Positions 18,541 to 28,582 of a DNA stretch of 46,271 nucleotides are shown here, one piece after another. Within the stretch, counting starts at the first letter, position 1. Each line of letters starts with the position of its first letter. The DNA comes from an uncultured bacterium. GTDB lineage: Bacteria > Lernaellota > Lernaellaia > Lernaellales > Lernaellaceae. The stretch lies in contig CAZHPN010000024.1 of assembly GCA_964534375.1 (NCBI GenBank), positions 1 to 46,271 of the forward strand, in the 5' to 3' direction. A program made the translations under genes and the position numbers. The notes under the pieces were generated by a model. The model was not told where the DNA came from, did not search any database, and saw only the letters and a program-made list of their open reading frames with translations.

Positions 18541-20184
18541 GTGGACACGCGCCCACGTTCGGGAGGCGCCGATGACATCCGCGCCGGCGCTGGCGGCGGA
18601 CTCGGCCGCGCCGCGCCTGAACGCTGGCGCGCCGCACTGAGGCGGCGGACGCCGTTTCTCTTTGTGGTCGCGCTGGCGGCGTTCCTCAGGCTTTGGCGTC
18701 CCGACCTGATCGAATTCAAAGGCGATGAGGCCTTGTACCTGGGCGCCGTGGCGAGCGCGGTCGCGGGCGGCGCCCAGCCGACGCTGGGCATCGTCTCGTC
18801 GGTGGGCGTGCACCAGGGGCCGCTTTTTATTTACCTGCTCGAACTGCCGTACGCGTTAGGCCATGACCCACGCTGGGTCACGGCGTTCGTGGCCTTGACC
18901 AACGTCCTGGCCGTGGCCCTGACCTATCTTCTCGCCGAGCGACTCTTCGGGCGCCGGGCCGCTTTCGTCGCGGGAATCGCGTTTGCGGTCTGTCCGTGGG
19001 CCGTAATTTTTTCCCGCAAGATCCGGCATTTCTTCGTGCTGCCGTGCGTCGTCGCGCCCCTGCTCCTGGCGCTGCGCCGCGTGGCGGAACGGCCGCAGTC
19101 GCCGGCCGTCGCCGCAGTCCCGGTGCTGTTGTGCGCGGCGTGGCAGTTTCACTACTCGGCCTACGCGGCGATCGCCGCCGCGATCGTCTTTCTCGCCGTG
19201 CAGCCGGGGTTCCGGCGCATCTCCTGGCGCTGGCTCGGCGCCGGCGCGCTGGGCGCCGCCGTTTTGGCTGGTCCGTATCTCGGGCATTTGGCAAGAACCG
19301 GATTCGCCGACGTGAGCGGCACAGCGGCCTTGGTGATCGGCGCGAAGCCCGATTCGTTCGGCGCCGCGTCGCCGGCGGAGGTGTTTCGCGTGGCCGCGCA
19401 AAGCGCCGCCGGTTCGGACGTGCGGTTCTGGCTCGGCGACGCGAGCGACGCGTTTGCCGCGACCCATTGGCTCGCGGCGCGGCTGGGCGTGATCGCGAGC
19501 GTCCTGGCCTGGACGCTCATGGCGATCGGCGCGGCCGTTTTGGTGATTCGCCTGGCGAGCGACTGGCGCCGAAAATCCCAGGGGCGGCTTCCGGGGGGCG
19601 CCATCGACCCGGCGCCGTTGCTGGTTTTGATCTGGATCGCGGCCGCGCCGCTGGCCTATTTGCTCGCACGGCTGCACGTCGAATCCCATTACTTCATTGT
19701 CAGTTACCCGGCGCCTTTTTTGCTCCTCGCCGCGGGAGCCGAAGGCCTTTTTTCGCTCGTCGCCGTTCTCCCAAACCCGCTGAAGCAGGGATGGCGGGCC
19801 GCGGTCGGGCTGGCGGTCGCCGGCGTTGTGGTCGGGCAATCTCTGTTTCTCCTGGGCTTCTTTTCCTTCCTGGGCGAGAACGGCGGCGCGCCCGGCGACT
19901 ACGGCGTCATTTATCGCCACAAGGCGGCCGCGGTCGACTTTATCGCGTCGCGGACGCCGGCCGGCGCCAACCCTTCCGTAACGACGGCCAGCGGCGACGG
20001 CATGGCGTATCTGATCGCGGCGCGGTTTCGGGAGCGCAATGCATCCCGGCGTTTTGTCGCGCCCGACCCGGCGGCGGCCTCACTGGCGCCGGTTTTTACG
20101 GTTTATGACGATTGGCGCACGCACGCCGACTTGACCTGCCGCGAGCGGCGCGATTTTGGGCCGTTGATCGTGTGTCAGCAATGA
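18541..20184 (+). CDS. ArnT/PMT-like GT-C membrane glycosyltransferase (copy 1)
   Basis: Multi-TM protein; LRL...EFKGDE first-loop DE motif, GPLFIYL, PWAVIFSRKI, WQFHY. Start uncertain. Confidence 0.8.
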   Translation: MDTRPRSGGADDIRAGAGGGLGRAAPERWRAALRRRTPFLFVVALAAFLRLWRPDLIEFKGDEALYLGAVASAVAGGAQPTLGIVSSVGVHQGPLFIYLLELPYALGHDPRWVTAFVALTNVLAVALTYLLAERLFGRRAAFVAGIAFAVCPWAVIFSRKIRHFFVLPCVVAPLLLALRRVAERPQSPAVAAVPVLLCAAWQFHYSAYAAIAAAIVFLAVQPGFRRISWRWLGAGALGAAVLAGPYLGHLARTGFADVSGTAALVIGAKPDSFGAASPAEVFRVAAQSAAGSDVRFWLGDASDAFAATHWLAARLGVIASVLAWTLMAIGAAVLVIRLASDWRRKSQGRLPGGAIDPAPLLVLIWIAAAPLAYLLARLHVESHYFIVSYPAPFLLLAAGAEGLFSLVAVLPNPLKQGWRAAVGLAVAGVVVGQSLFLLGFFSFLGENGGAPGDYGVIYRHKAAAVDFIASRTPAGANPSVTTASGDGMAYLIAARFRERNASRRFVAPDPAAASLAPVFTVYDDWRTHADLTCRERRDFGPLIVCQQ

Positions 20185-20221
20185 ACGGCAACCGCGCGAT
20201 CATCGCCGGCGCGGGCGATTC

Positions 20222-21814
20222 ATGATCTCGGCAAGCGTTCCCGCCGGGCGGCGTGCGCGTTGGCGGCGTTCGTTGCCGTTGCTGATCGTGATCACGGTCG
20301 CCGCGTTTCTTCGCCTGTCGCATCTCGATCTCATCGAGTTCAAGAGCGACGAAGCGACCGCCTTCAACTTAACCGAGGATTTCGCTCGCTCCGGCGCCGT
20401 CCCCGCGACAGGGATGGGTTCTTCGACCGGCGTGACGAACGGCCCAATGTTGATTTACCTCCTGCGCGCGGCGTTCGTTTTCGGCCGCGACCCGCGCTGG
20501 CTCAGCGCCTTTGTCGCGCTCACCAATGTGCTGGCGACCGTGCTCACATATTATCTGGTCGCGGGGTGGATGGGTCGCCGGGCCGGCTTTGTCGCCGCCG
20601 TCGCGCTCGCCGTGTCGCCGTGGGCCGTGCTTTTTTCTCGGAAGATCTGGGCGCAGGACTTGCTGCTAATCTTCGTCGTTTTGCTCCTCCTCGCGCTCGA
20701 CCGAGCCGCCCGGCGCGATCGATCGCGGACCGTCGCGGCGGTCCCGATTTTGCTGAGCGTGCTGTGGCAATTGCACTACCTGGCGTACGCCGTATTCGTC
20801 GCGACAGCGCTGACGCTTCCCGTATCGCCCGGCGTGCGGCGACTCTCCTGGCGCTGGCTCGGATGCGGGGCGGCAATCGGCGCGGCGATCGCGGAGCCGT
20901 TTCTTCATCACCTGTATGTCTCCGGCTTCGCCGACGTCGGCCGCACGGCCGCATTTCTGCACGAAACCGCGGCCGGCAGGCACGAACCGTCGTCCGCGGC
21001 CGACATTGTTCGCGTTGCGGCCGTGGTCGCCGGCGGCCGCAACCTCGAGGCGTCCTTCGGCGCTTCGTTTGCTCCGTTCCTGGCGGCCCATCCCTGCGCC
21101 GCGCACGCCGCAGGTTTCGCCCAAGTCGCGATGTGGGCGCTGATCGTCTTCGGCGCGTTGCTTTTGGCGGTGCGCGTCGTTTGGCCGCGGATTCTGGGGT
21201 TTTCGCCAAACGTCGATGGGCGCGACGTGACGCCTTGGCTGGCGGCGATCTGGATCGCTGGGCCGGCGCTGGTTTGTTGCGCTTTTCACCTGCATGTGGC
21301 GCCATGTTATTTTATTGTGACGTTTCCGTTGCTGTTTGCGCTGTTCGCCGCCGGCGCCGAAGGTCTGTTTGCCGCCGCGCGTCGTGCGCCGTACGGGTGC
21401 GCCCGCGCCGCGCAAGCGACCGTTTGGCTCGCCATCGCCGCGGTCGCGATCGGGCAAATCGTTTTTGTACTCGGGTGCTTTTCGTTCCTGGACGGCAACG
21501 GCGGCGCGCGCGGCGATTACGGGGTCACCTATCGTCACAAGGCCGCCGCGGCGCGATTTATCGTTTCGCAATCCACGCCGGGCCGGCCGCCCTCGTTCGC
21601 ATTGCGCGGTTTTGGCGGCGAAGGAATAGGCTGCCTGATCGACCTCGAATCAAGGAAACTCGCGCTGGGGCGTTCTTCGAGCGATGGTTCCATTCCGCCG
21701 CCGGAGACCTCGCCGGTTTTCGAGATTTACGACCGGTTCGCCGACGGCCTTCCTGTCGATCCGCCGTGTTCGGCGCGGCGGGATTTCGGTCCATTGATCG
21801 TTTGTCGGAAATAG
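20222..21814 (+). CDS. ArnT/PMT-like GT-C membrane glycosyltransferase (copy 2)
   Basis: EFKSDE, GPMLIYL, PWAVLFSRKIW, WQLHY; shares GDYGVxYRHKAAA and RRDFGPLIVC with copy 1. Confidence 0.8.
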   Translation: MISASVPAGRRARWRRSLPLLIVITVAAFLRLSHLDLIEFKSDEATAFNLTEDFARSGAVPATGMGSSTGVTNGPMLIYLLRAAFVFGRDPRWLSAFVALTNVLATVLTYYLVAGWMGRRAGFVAAVALAVSPWAVLFSRKIWAQDLLLIFVVLLLLALDRAARRDRSRTVAAVPILLSVLWQLHYLAYAVFVATALTLPVSPGVRRLSWRWLGCGAAIGAAIAEPFLHHLYVSGFADVGRTAAFLHETAAGRHEPSSAADIVRVAAVVAGGRNLEASFGASFAPFLAAHPCAAHAAGFAQVAMWALIVFGALLLAVRVVWPRILGFSPNVDGRDVTPWLAAIWIAGPALVCCAFHLHVAPCYFIVTFPLLFALFAAGAEGLFAAARRAPYGCARAAQATVWLAIAAVAIGQIVFVLGCFSFLDGNGGARGDYGVTYRHKAAAARFIVSQSTPGRPPSFALRGFGGEGIGCLIDLESRKLALGRSSSDGSIPPPETSPVFEIYDRFADGLPVDPPCSARRDFGPLIVCRK

Positions 21815-21913
21815 CGGCGCTCTCCCTCCGATGATTCGCTGTCGGACTGTCTTGTCCCTCCGAAGCGCATGCGGTAAATTGACCATCCAACTACCATCCG
21901 AATCGGGGTCAGA

Positions 21914-22720
21914 ATGGCGTCGACGGGCAGAGAATTTTTCGCGGGCGTCGACATCGGCAGCCTGACGACGGAGACCGTCATCATCGGGCGCGGCGGCGCG
22001 GTCGCGGCGGCGAACGTCATCCTGACCGGCGCGAGCAGCGTCAAAGCGGCGAACGCCAGTTTCGAAAAGGCGCTGGCCGACGCCGGGCTGGCGGCGCACG
22101 ACATCGCGGTCTGCGTCGCCACCGGTTACGGCCGCGGGAAGGCCCCGTTCGCCGATACGCGCATCACCGAAATCACCTGCCACGCCAAGGGCGCGTATGT
22201 GCTCTTTCCCGACGTGAAGACCGTCGTCGACATCGGCGGCCAGGATTCCAAAGTCATTCGCATCGGCCACGCCGGCGGCGTCGCGGATTTCGTGATGAAC
22301 GACAAGTGCGCCGCGGGCACCGGCCGCTTTCTCGAAGTGATGGCCCGCACGCTGGAGGTGGACCTCGACGAACTCGGGCCGCTGGCGTTGCAATCCGACG
22401 CCGACCTCAAAGTCTCGTCGATGTGCACGGTGTTCGCCGAAAGCGAAGTCGTCAGCCTGATCGGCGAGGGCGTCGGCGCCGCGCGCATCGCCTGGGGCGT
22501 CTGCCGCTCGGTGGCCGATCGCACGGCGAGCCTGGCCGAACGCGTCGGCGCCGCGGCGCCGGCGGTAATGACCGGCGGCGTCGCGAAAAACCCGGGGATG
22601 GTCCGGGCGCTGGAAAAACGCCTGGGGTTCGCCTTGATCTTGCCGGCCGAACCGCAAATCGTCGGCGCCCTGGGCGCCGCGCACCTGGCGCTCGCGCGAG
22701 GCATTGCCGAGGAAGCATGA
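21914..22720 (+). CDS. 2-hydroxyacyl-CoA dehydratase activase (HgdC/BadF-BadG-BcrA-BcrD ATPase)
   Basis: GVDIGSLTT, ATGYGR, EITCHAKG, DIGGQDSK, MNDKCAAGTGRFLE, SMCTVFAESE, TGGVAKN, GALGAA. Confidence 0.93.
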   Translation: MASTGREFFAGVDIGSLTTETVIIGRGGAVAAANVILTGASSVKAANASFEKALADAGLAAHDIAVCVATGYGRGKAPFADTRITEITCHAKGAYVLFPDVKTVVDIGGQDSKVIRIGHAGGVADFVMNDKCAAGTGRFLEVMARTLEVDLDELGPLALQSDADLKVSSMCTVFAESEVVSLIGEGVGAARIAWGVCRSVADRTASLAERVGAAAPAVMTGGVAKNPGMVRALEKRLGFALILPAEPQIVGALGAAHLALARGIAEEA

Positions 22721-23991
22721 ACGACGGCTACGAACAAACCGTCGAACGCCTGTTTGCGTTGCAACGCTTCGGCATGAAGCTGGAGTTGACGAACATCCGC
22801 CGGTTGTTGTCGCTGCTCGGCAACCCGCAGCCGGGCCATCGCACCGTGATCGTCGGCGGGACCAACGGCAAGGGTTCGGTCTGCGCCATGCTGGCGGCGA
22901 TCGGACGGGCGGCGGGCCGGCGGACCGGCCTGTTCACCAGCCCGCACCTGGTCAGTTTCACCGAACGAATCCAGATCGACGGCGACCGCATCAGTCGCAG
23001 CGAGGTCGTGGAACTGGGGCGCCTGCTGTGGAACGTCCTCGAACCGCACCGTCGCCCGGGCGAACCGGAGCCGATCACCTATTTCGAGATGCTCACGGCG
23101 ATGGCCGCGTTCCATTTCTATCGCCGCAACGTGGAACTGGCGGTCATGGAGGTCGGCCTCGGCGGGCGGCTGGACGCGGTCAACGCGCTGCCGCGCGACG
23201 CGGTCGTCCTCACCGATTTGTCGATCGATCACGAGGAGCACCTCGGCCGCACGCTGGCGAGCATCGTCGAAGAAAAAACTGCGTTGTTCCGCGCCGACGC
23301 GCCGGCGATCGCCTCGGGCGGCGTCGACGACGCGGCCGAGTTGATCGTGGCGCAGGTCGCCAAAATCGGCTGCCCGTTGGCCATGCTCGACCGCGATTTC
23401 CGCTATGTGGCGAAAAACGGTCGCCTCGATTTGATCGTCGACGATCGCCGCTGGATCGATCTGCCCGTGCCGTTTGCGGGTCCGCATCAATTTCGCAACA
23501 CGGCGACGGCGGTGCGCGCCGCGCTCGCTCTGGGCATTGACGACGCGGAAACGATTCGGCGCGGCCTGGACGCCGCCGTCTGGCCGGCGCGGCTGGAATT
23601 GCGGCCGGGCGAGCCGACCTGGCTGCTCGATTGCGCCCACAACCCCGGCGGGGCGCGCGCGTTGGCCGCCGCATTGACGCCGCATCGGCCGACCGTGTGG
23701 CTGGTGACGGCGATGGGCGACAAAGATCTCAACGGCATCGCCGCGCCGCTGGCGCCGCTGGTCGATCGCGTCGTCTGCACGACGCTCGACATGGCGCGCG
23801 CGCTGCCGGCCGCGAAAGTCGCGGATTTCGTGCGCCCGTACAATCCGCGGGTCGACGTCGAGTCCGATCCGGACCGCGCGATGGATCTCGCCGCGTCGTT
23901 GGCCGGGCCGGCTGGCCGGGTGCTGGTCGCCGGCAGCATTTATCTGGTGGGTCGCGTGCGCGGACGGCTGACCGGCGAAACCGGCCCATGA
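22717..23991 (+). CDS. folC: Bifunctional folylpolyglutamate synthase/dihydrofolate synthase
   Basis: GTNGKGS, FTSPHL, TYFE, EVGLGGRLDAVN, DCAHNP, GSIYLVG. Confidence 0.95.
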   Translation: MNDGYEQTVERLFALQRFGMKLELTNIRRLLSLLGNPQPGHRTVIVGGTNGKGSVCAMLAAIGRAAGRRTGLFTSPHLVSFTERIQIDGDRISRSEVVELGRLLWNVLEPHRRPGEPEPITYFEMLTAMAAFHFYRRNVELAVMEVGLGGRLDAVNALPRDAVVLTDLSIDHEEHLGRTLASIVEEKTALFRADAPAIASGGVDDAAELIVAQVAKIGCPLAMLDRDFRYVAKNGRLDLIVDDRRWIDLPVPFAGPHQFRNTATAVRAALALGIDDAETIRRGLDAAVWPARLELRPGEPTWLLDCAHNPGGARALAAALTPHRPTVWLVTAMGDKDLNGIAAPLAPLVDRVVCTTLDMARALPAAKVADFVRPYNPRVDVESDPDRAMDLAASLAGPAGRVLVAGSIYLVGRVRGRLTGETGP

Positions 23992-26312
23992 AGCGTGCGG
24001 CGCTTCTGGCGATCCTGACGTTGTTGCTGCCGTTCCGCGTTTGGGCGCAAGACGCCGCGGCCCCCGGCGACGCGGGCGGCGTCACGCCGGCGCCGGCCCC
24101 GGCGACGGTCACGCCGGTGATGGGCGGGTTGATCAAGCCCAATATTCCGATGGCCCTGGAAGCCGACCAGATCGATTTCGACGACGCGCACAAGACCTAT
24201 CACGCTCACGGCGCGGTGAAACTCCGCCAGGGCGACAACATTGTCACCGCCGACCACATGACGTACGACGCGGGCAGGAATCTGATTGTCGCCGACGGCG
24301 GGGTCACCTTCACGACGGCGCAGGGCGAGATGAAAGCCGACGCCTTTGAATTGCAGGTGGACGCGCAGACCGCGGTGATGGCCCGCGCGTCTTTCATCGC
24401 ACGGCAACCGACGGCGACGTATTACCTGCGCGGCAGCCGGATCGAAAAGGTCGGCCCGAATCGCTACCTGATCGACAACGGCTCTTATTCGACCTGCGAT
24501 TGCGGCGCGGACGAGGCGGACTGGCTGGTGCAGGCCGAGTACATCGACGTGACGTTTGACGGCTACGCGTACGTCGAACGCGCGCGCGTCTTCCTGCGCG
24601 GCCTGCCGGTCGCCTATCTGCCGATTGGCGTGTTCCCCGCACTGGTCAACCGCACGACGGGCTTTCTGTCGCCGACGATCGGGCACGTCAGTTACGCCGG
24701 CTTTGTGGTCGACGCCCCGTATTATTGGAACATTTCGCCGCACTCCGACGCGACCTTCGACCCGGATTATATGTCGAGCCGCGGAACGAAACTCGGCGCG
24801 CAATACCGTTACATGATCGACAAGCGGTCTTACGGCGAATTCGACGGCGACGCGATTCAGGACGCCGAATACGGAAATAAGACGCGGTGGACGGCCAATT
24901 TCACCGAGCAGTTCAACCCGGTCGGGCAGCTCTATTTACGCAGCCAAGTCAATCTCGTTTCCGACAAGGATTACGTCAACGACTATCCGCACGACGTCCC
25001 GGGCCTCTACGCCCGCTACCTGCGCAGCGACATGATCGCCAACAACCTCTGGCAGAACTACGACGTCAACGTCGACGCGCAACACTGGATCGACCTGTCC
25101 GTCGACGACAACAGCTCCACCTGGCAGCGCTACCCGGACGTCCAGTTCGACTCCATCTCCCAACGGATCGGGCCGGTTCCCGTGTATTGGAATCTGCACG
25201 CCGCGGCGGACAATTTCTACCGCATAAAACCGTCGCCGACCGATATCGCCGCCGACCTGGCCGACGGCAATTCGCGCCCCTTCTATTATCTGAGCCAGGG
25301 CCAACGCGTGCGCCTTACGCCGGAATTGCACGCGCCGATCAATTTCGACCAGGTCGCAACCGTGACGCCCTACGTCACCGGCTCCGGCGTGTTTTACAAC
25401 CTCGCGGAGCGCGAGAACGAGCGCAATCCGGCGAAACTGTACGACGAGGCCGGCGCCGTCGCCTACACGCGCTTCGAACGCGTCTTTCCGGTCGACTTTC
25501 TGGAAATGCGCGGGCTGAAACACCAGATCGAGCCGTGGGTCCAATATCAATACGGCAAAGATCCGAGCCGCGATCCGCTGCCGGTTTTCGACCCGACCGA
25601 TCAGCCCGTTGGCGTGGCGAAGGCGACGTACGGCGTGACCAACCGCCTCTGGATGAAGCTGTTCAACCCGACGGACAACAGCTACGGCACGTTCAAATTG
25701 ATCGATTTTCGCGTGTATCACGGCTACGACTTCCACGAAGCCGATCGCCGGCTCGACCCGACGAACCCGAACGACCATCACCGGCCGTGGATGCCCGTGC
25801 AGGCGGAACTGGATGCGGAAGGCGCGCTCGGCGGCGGTTACCTCGACAAATTCACGGTCCGCAGCGACGCCGCCTACGACGAATATTCCCACACGATGTC
25901 GGGCTTCGACATTCTCGGGTCGTTGACCAGCAGGCGGCAGGATTTCGTCTCGCTCGAGTACCGGTTTCACCGCAACACGTACGGCCAGCCGAGCATCAAT
26001 TACTTCTCCAACAACTCGGTCAACGCCTACGAGCCGGCCGCCGGCGGCGCCTTCGGCGCGCCCGACATCAATTACATCACGGGCAACGTCCACTACACGA
26101 TCGTCGATTTCATCAGCGTCGATTACCTGACCCGGTACAGCTTCATCAACAGCTACTTCGTGGAGTCCCGCTACGCGATCGAACTGCACAGCTTCGAGAA
26201 GTGCTTCGACGTGATCATCGCCTACGACACGCGCACGCTGCCCCACCCGGCGACGAGCCTGCAGATCACGTTCAATCTGACCGGGATGATCAAGGCGACG
26301 ACGACGTTTTGA
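23988..26312 (+). CDS. lptD: LPS-assembly protein LptD
   Basis: Signal peptide, OstA-like N-domain (EADQI, YSTC), RTTGFLSP, PYYWNI, KHQIEP, C-terminal beta-barrel. Confidence 0.88.
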   Translation: MKRAALLAILTLLLPFRVWAQDAAAPGDAGGVTPAPAPATVTPVMGGLIKPNIPMALEADQIDFDDAHKTYHAHGAVKLRQGDNIVTADHMTYDAGRNLIVADGGVTFTTAQGEMKADAFELQVDAQTAVMARASFIARQPTATYYLRGSRIEKVGPNRYLIDNGSYSTCDCGADEADWLVQAEYIDVTFDGYAYVERARVFLRGLPVAYLPIGVFPALVNRTTGFLSPTIGHVSYAGFVVDAPYYWNISPHSDATFDPDYMSSRGTKLGAQYRYMIDKRSYGEFDGDAIQDAEYGNKTRWTANFTEQFNPVGQLYLRSQVNLVSDKDYVNDYPHDVPGLYARYLRSDMIANNLWQNYDVNVDAQHWIDLSVDDNSSTWQRYPDVQFDSISQRIGPVPVYWNLHAAADNFYRIKPSPTDIAADLADGNSRPFYYLSQGQRVRLTPELHAPINFDQVATVTPYVTGSGVFYNLAERENERNPAKLYDEAGAVAYTRFERVFPVDFLEMRGLKHQIEPWVQYQYGKDPSRDPLPVFDPTDQPVGVAKATYGVTNRLWMKLFNPTDNSYGTFKLIDFRVYHGYDFHEADRRLDPTNPNDHHRPWMPVQAELDAEGALGGGYLDKFTVRSDAAYDEYSHTMSGFDILGSLTSRRQDFVSLEYRFHRNTYGQPSINYFSNNSVNAYEPAAGGAFGAPDINYITGNVHYTIVDFISVDYLTRYSFINSYFVESRYAIELHSFEKCFDVIIAYDTRTLPHPATSLQITFNLTGMIKATTTF

Positions 26313-26477
26313 CCGAGCCTCCAAGTGGCCATGGTCCCAGAGAAAAGGCGGGCCGTGCTTGGCGCTCCGGCCCGATAGCTGCGGTATTAAATCTGGAAAC
26401 GATGAGTAGTATGAAATAATTAATAATACATTCGGCGAACGCTTTCCAATGTGTCTTGCTGTAAACTTGTATTTATA

Positions 26478-26490
26478 AATCAATATTTTA
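26478..26490 (+). promoter_or_regulatory. IHF consensus site in the AT-rich region upstream of the chemosensory operon
   Basis: AATCAATATTTTA matches WATCAANNNNTTR exactly. Confidence 0.5.
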
Positions 26491-26813
26491 GCAATAGAAG
26501 GCGCGAAGAAAAGTATGTCTGAAATATTTCGCGATGAACTTCTGTTTCAATTAAAAATACGAAAAAATTCAGAAACTGCTTGCGAAAACCGAGCGCGCAA
26601 CTTATAAAGGTCGAGAGAAGTTACACGAAAAATGGAGATCGTAAGAAAACCCGATCTCCTGCTGTCATTGGCGGCGGCAAGGCGCGTTGGGATGCGAAGA
26701 CGCCCGCGCAGCAGGCCCGCCGCACGGCAACGGTGCACGAAAATCAACCCTACATCTGCCGATGCGCCGGGGCTCGCAGGCCGGCCGTTCGCATCGAGCC
26801 GTCGAGGGGAAGC

Positions 26814-28574
26814 ATGTTCAAGAATCTGAGCGTGAAATTCAAGTTGTTGCTGGTTGTCGAGTTGTTCGCCGTGGTTTTTTTGATCTTCGGTTGGTACGCC
26901 TTCGACACGATCAATCTGGTGAAGGTCGGCGGCAAGATCTTCAGCAAGATCGGGCAGGGCGAGAACCTGATCGCGGACCTGTCCTCTCCCACCCTGTACG
27001 TGCTGGAGTCGTATTTCAACGCCGTGCAACTGTCGGAAACGAACGATCCGGCGGAAATTCAAACGCTGGTCGACCGGGGCCGCGCGCTGGCCGAACGGTT
27101 CGAGGCGCGGCGGCAGCATTGGGAGAAACAGGATCTGTCGCCGGAAATGCGCAGCCTGATCGGCGGGCCGATTGCCGAGCACGCGCGAAAGTTCTTCGAT
27201 ATCTTCAATCAGGAACTCGTACCGGCGGTGCAGGCGCAAAAGGAAGATCGCGCCCGCGACACCTTGCGCGGACCGCTGAAAACCGAATTCGAGGCCCATC
27301 GCCGCAGCATTGCCGAACTGCTGAAGTTGGCGGAAGAGGTCAGCAAACAGAACGAACAGGAGGCCGGGGCGATCATCGACCGCCGCCGGATCGTCTTCTT
27401 CAGCCTGGGCATCGGCGCCTTTCTGTTCGCGCTGTTCAGCGTCGCGTTTCCCGTGTCGCGGGCGATTTCCAAGCCGTTGAAGGAAATCGAATCCGCCGCC
27501 AAGAAAATCGCGATGGGCGATTTGGATTGCAACGTGGAATACCGGTCGGCGGACGAACTGGGCAGCCTGGTCGAATCGTTCCGGAACACGATCCAGTACA
27601 TCCAGAAAGCCGCGGGCATCGCCGACGCCTTGAGCCAGGGCGACCTGACCGTGAACGTGACGCCGCAGTCGGAACGCGACGTGCTCAATCGGTCGCTGCA
27701 AACGATGACCGCCAGTCTGCATTCGCTGATCGGCAAGATCACCCAGTCGAGCATCCAGCTCATGTCGACGGCCACCGAAATCACCGCGACGGCGAAACAG
27801 CAGGAAATGACCGTCGCCGACTACGGCGCCTCGGCCAACGAGATCGCCGCCGCCGTGAAGGAAATCTCAGCGACGGCCCAGCAGCTCACCAAGACGATGG
27901 ATCAGGTGACCGAGGTCGCCGGCAACACCGCGAACCTGGCCGACACGGGCCGGACCAACGTGGGCGCGCTGGAAACCGCGATGCGCCTGTTGACCGAAGC
28001 GACGGGTTCGATTTCGGCGCAACTCTCGACGATCAGTGAGAAGGCCCACAACATCAATCTCGTAATCACGACCATCACCAAGGTCGCCGACCAAACGAAC
28101 CTGCTGTCGATCAACGCCGCAATCGAAGCGGAAAAGGCTGGCGAATACGGTGTGGGTTTCCTGGTCGTCGCGCGCGAGATCCGGCGGCTGGCCGACCAGA
28201 CGGCGGTGGCGACCTTGGACATCGAGGAGACGGTAAAGCAGATGCAGTCTGCCGTTTCGTCCGGCGTTATGGAGATGGACAAATTCACGCAGCAAGTGCG
28301 GCAAGAGGTCGAGGAAGTGCACCGGGTCAGTTCGCACTTCACGCAGATTTTCGACAGCGTGCACGGCGTCATCGAGCAGTTCCTGACCGTCAACGAGGGC
28401 ATGCGGTCGCAGTCGCTCGGCGCCCAGCAGATCAGCCAGGCGATGATCCAGTTCAGCGACGGCGTTCGCCAAACGGCGGCGTCGCTCAAGGAATTCAATA
28501 TGTCGACGGACCACATGCGCGACGCGGTCAAAGGGCTGCGCGAGGAACTCTCGCGATTCTGCGTCGGCGCCTGA
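26814..28574 (+). CDS. Methyl-accepting chemotaxis protein (WspA-like)
   Basis: TM, periplasmic helical domain, TM, HAMP (DELGSL), signalling hairpin ADQTNLLSINAAIEAEKAGEYGVGFLVVAREIRRLADQT. Confidence 0.93.
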   Translation: MFKNLSVKFKLLLVVELFAVVFLIFGWYAFDTINLVKVGGKIFSKIGQGENLIADLSSPTLYVLESYFNAVQLSETNDPAEIQTLVDRGRALAERFEARRQHWEKQDLSPEMRSLIGGPIAEHARKFFDIFNQELVPAVQAQKEDRARDTLRGPLKTEFEAHRRSIAELLKLAEEVSKQNEQEAGAIIDRRRIVFFSLGIGAFLFALFSVAFPVSRAISKPLKEIESAAKKIAMGDLDCNVEYRSADELGSLVESFRNTIQYIQKAAGIADALSQGDLTVNVTPQSERDVLNRSLQTMTASLHSLIGKITQSSIQLMSTATEITATAKQQEMTVADYGASANEIAAAVKEISATAQQLTKTMDQVTEVAGNTANLADTGRTNVGALETAMRLLTEATGSISAQLSTISEKAHNINLVITTITKVADQTNLLSINAAIEAEKAGEYGVGFLVVAREIRRLADQTAVATLDIEETVKQMQSAVSSGVMEMDKFTQQVRQEVEEVHRVSSHFTQIFDSVHGVIEQFLTVNEGMRSQSLGAQQISQAMIQFSDGVRQTAASLKEFNMSTDHMRDAVKGLREELSRFCVGA

Positions 28575-28582
28575 GGCGGCGA

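Noticed and set aside
26660..26700. Sigma54 promoter for the Wsp operon
   Set aside because: The GG and GC dinucleotides are not at the required spacing.
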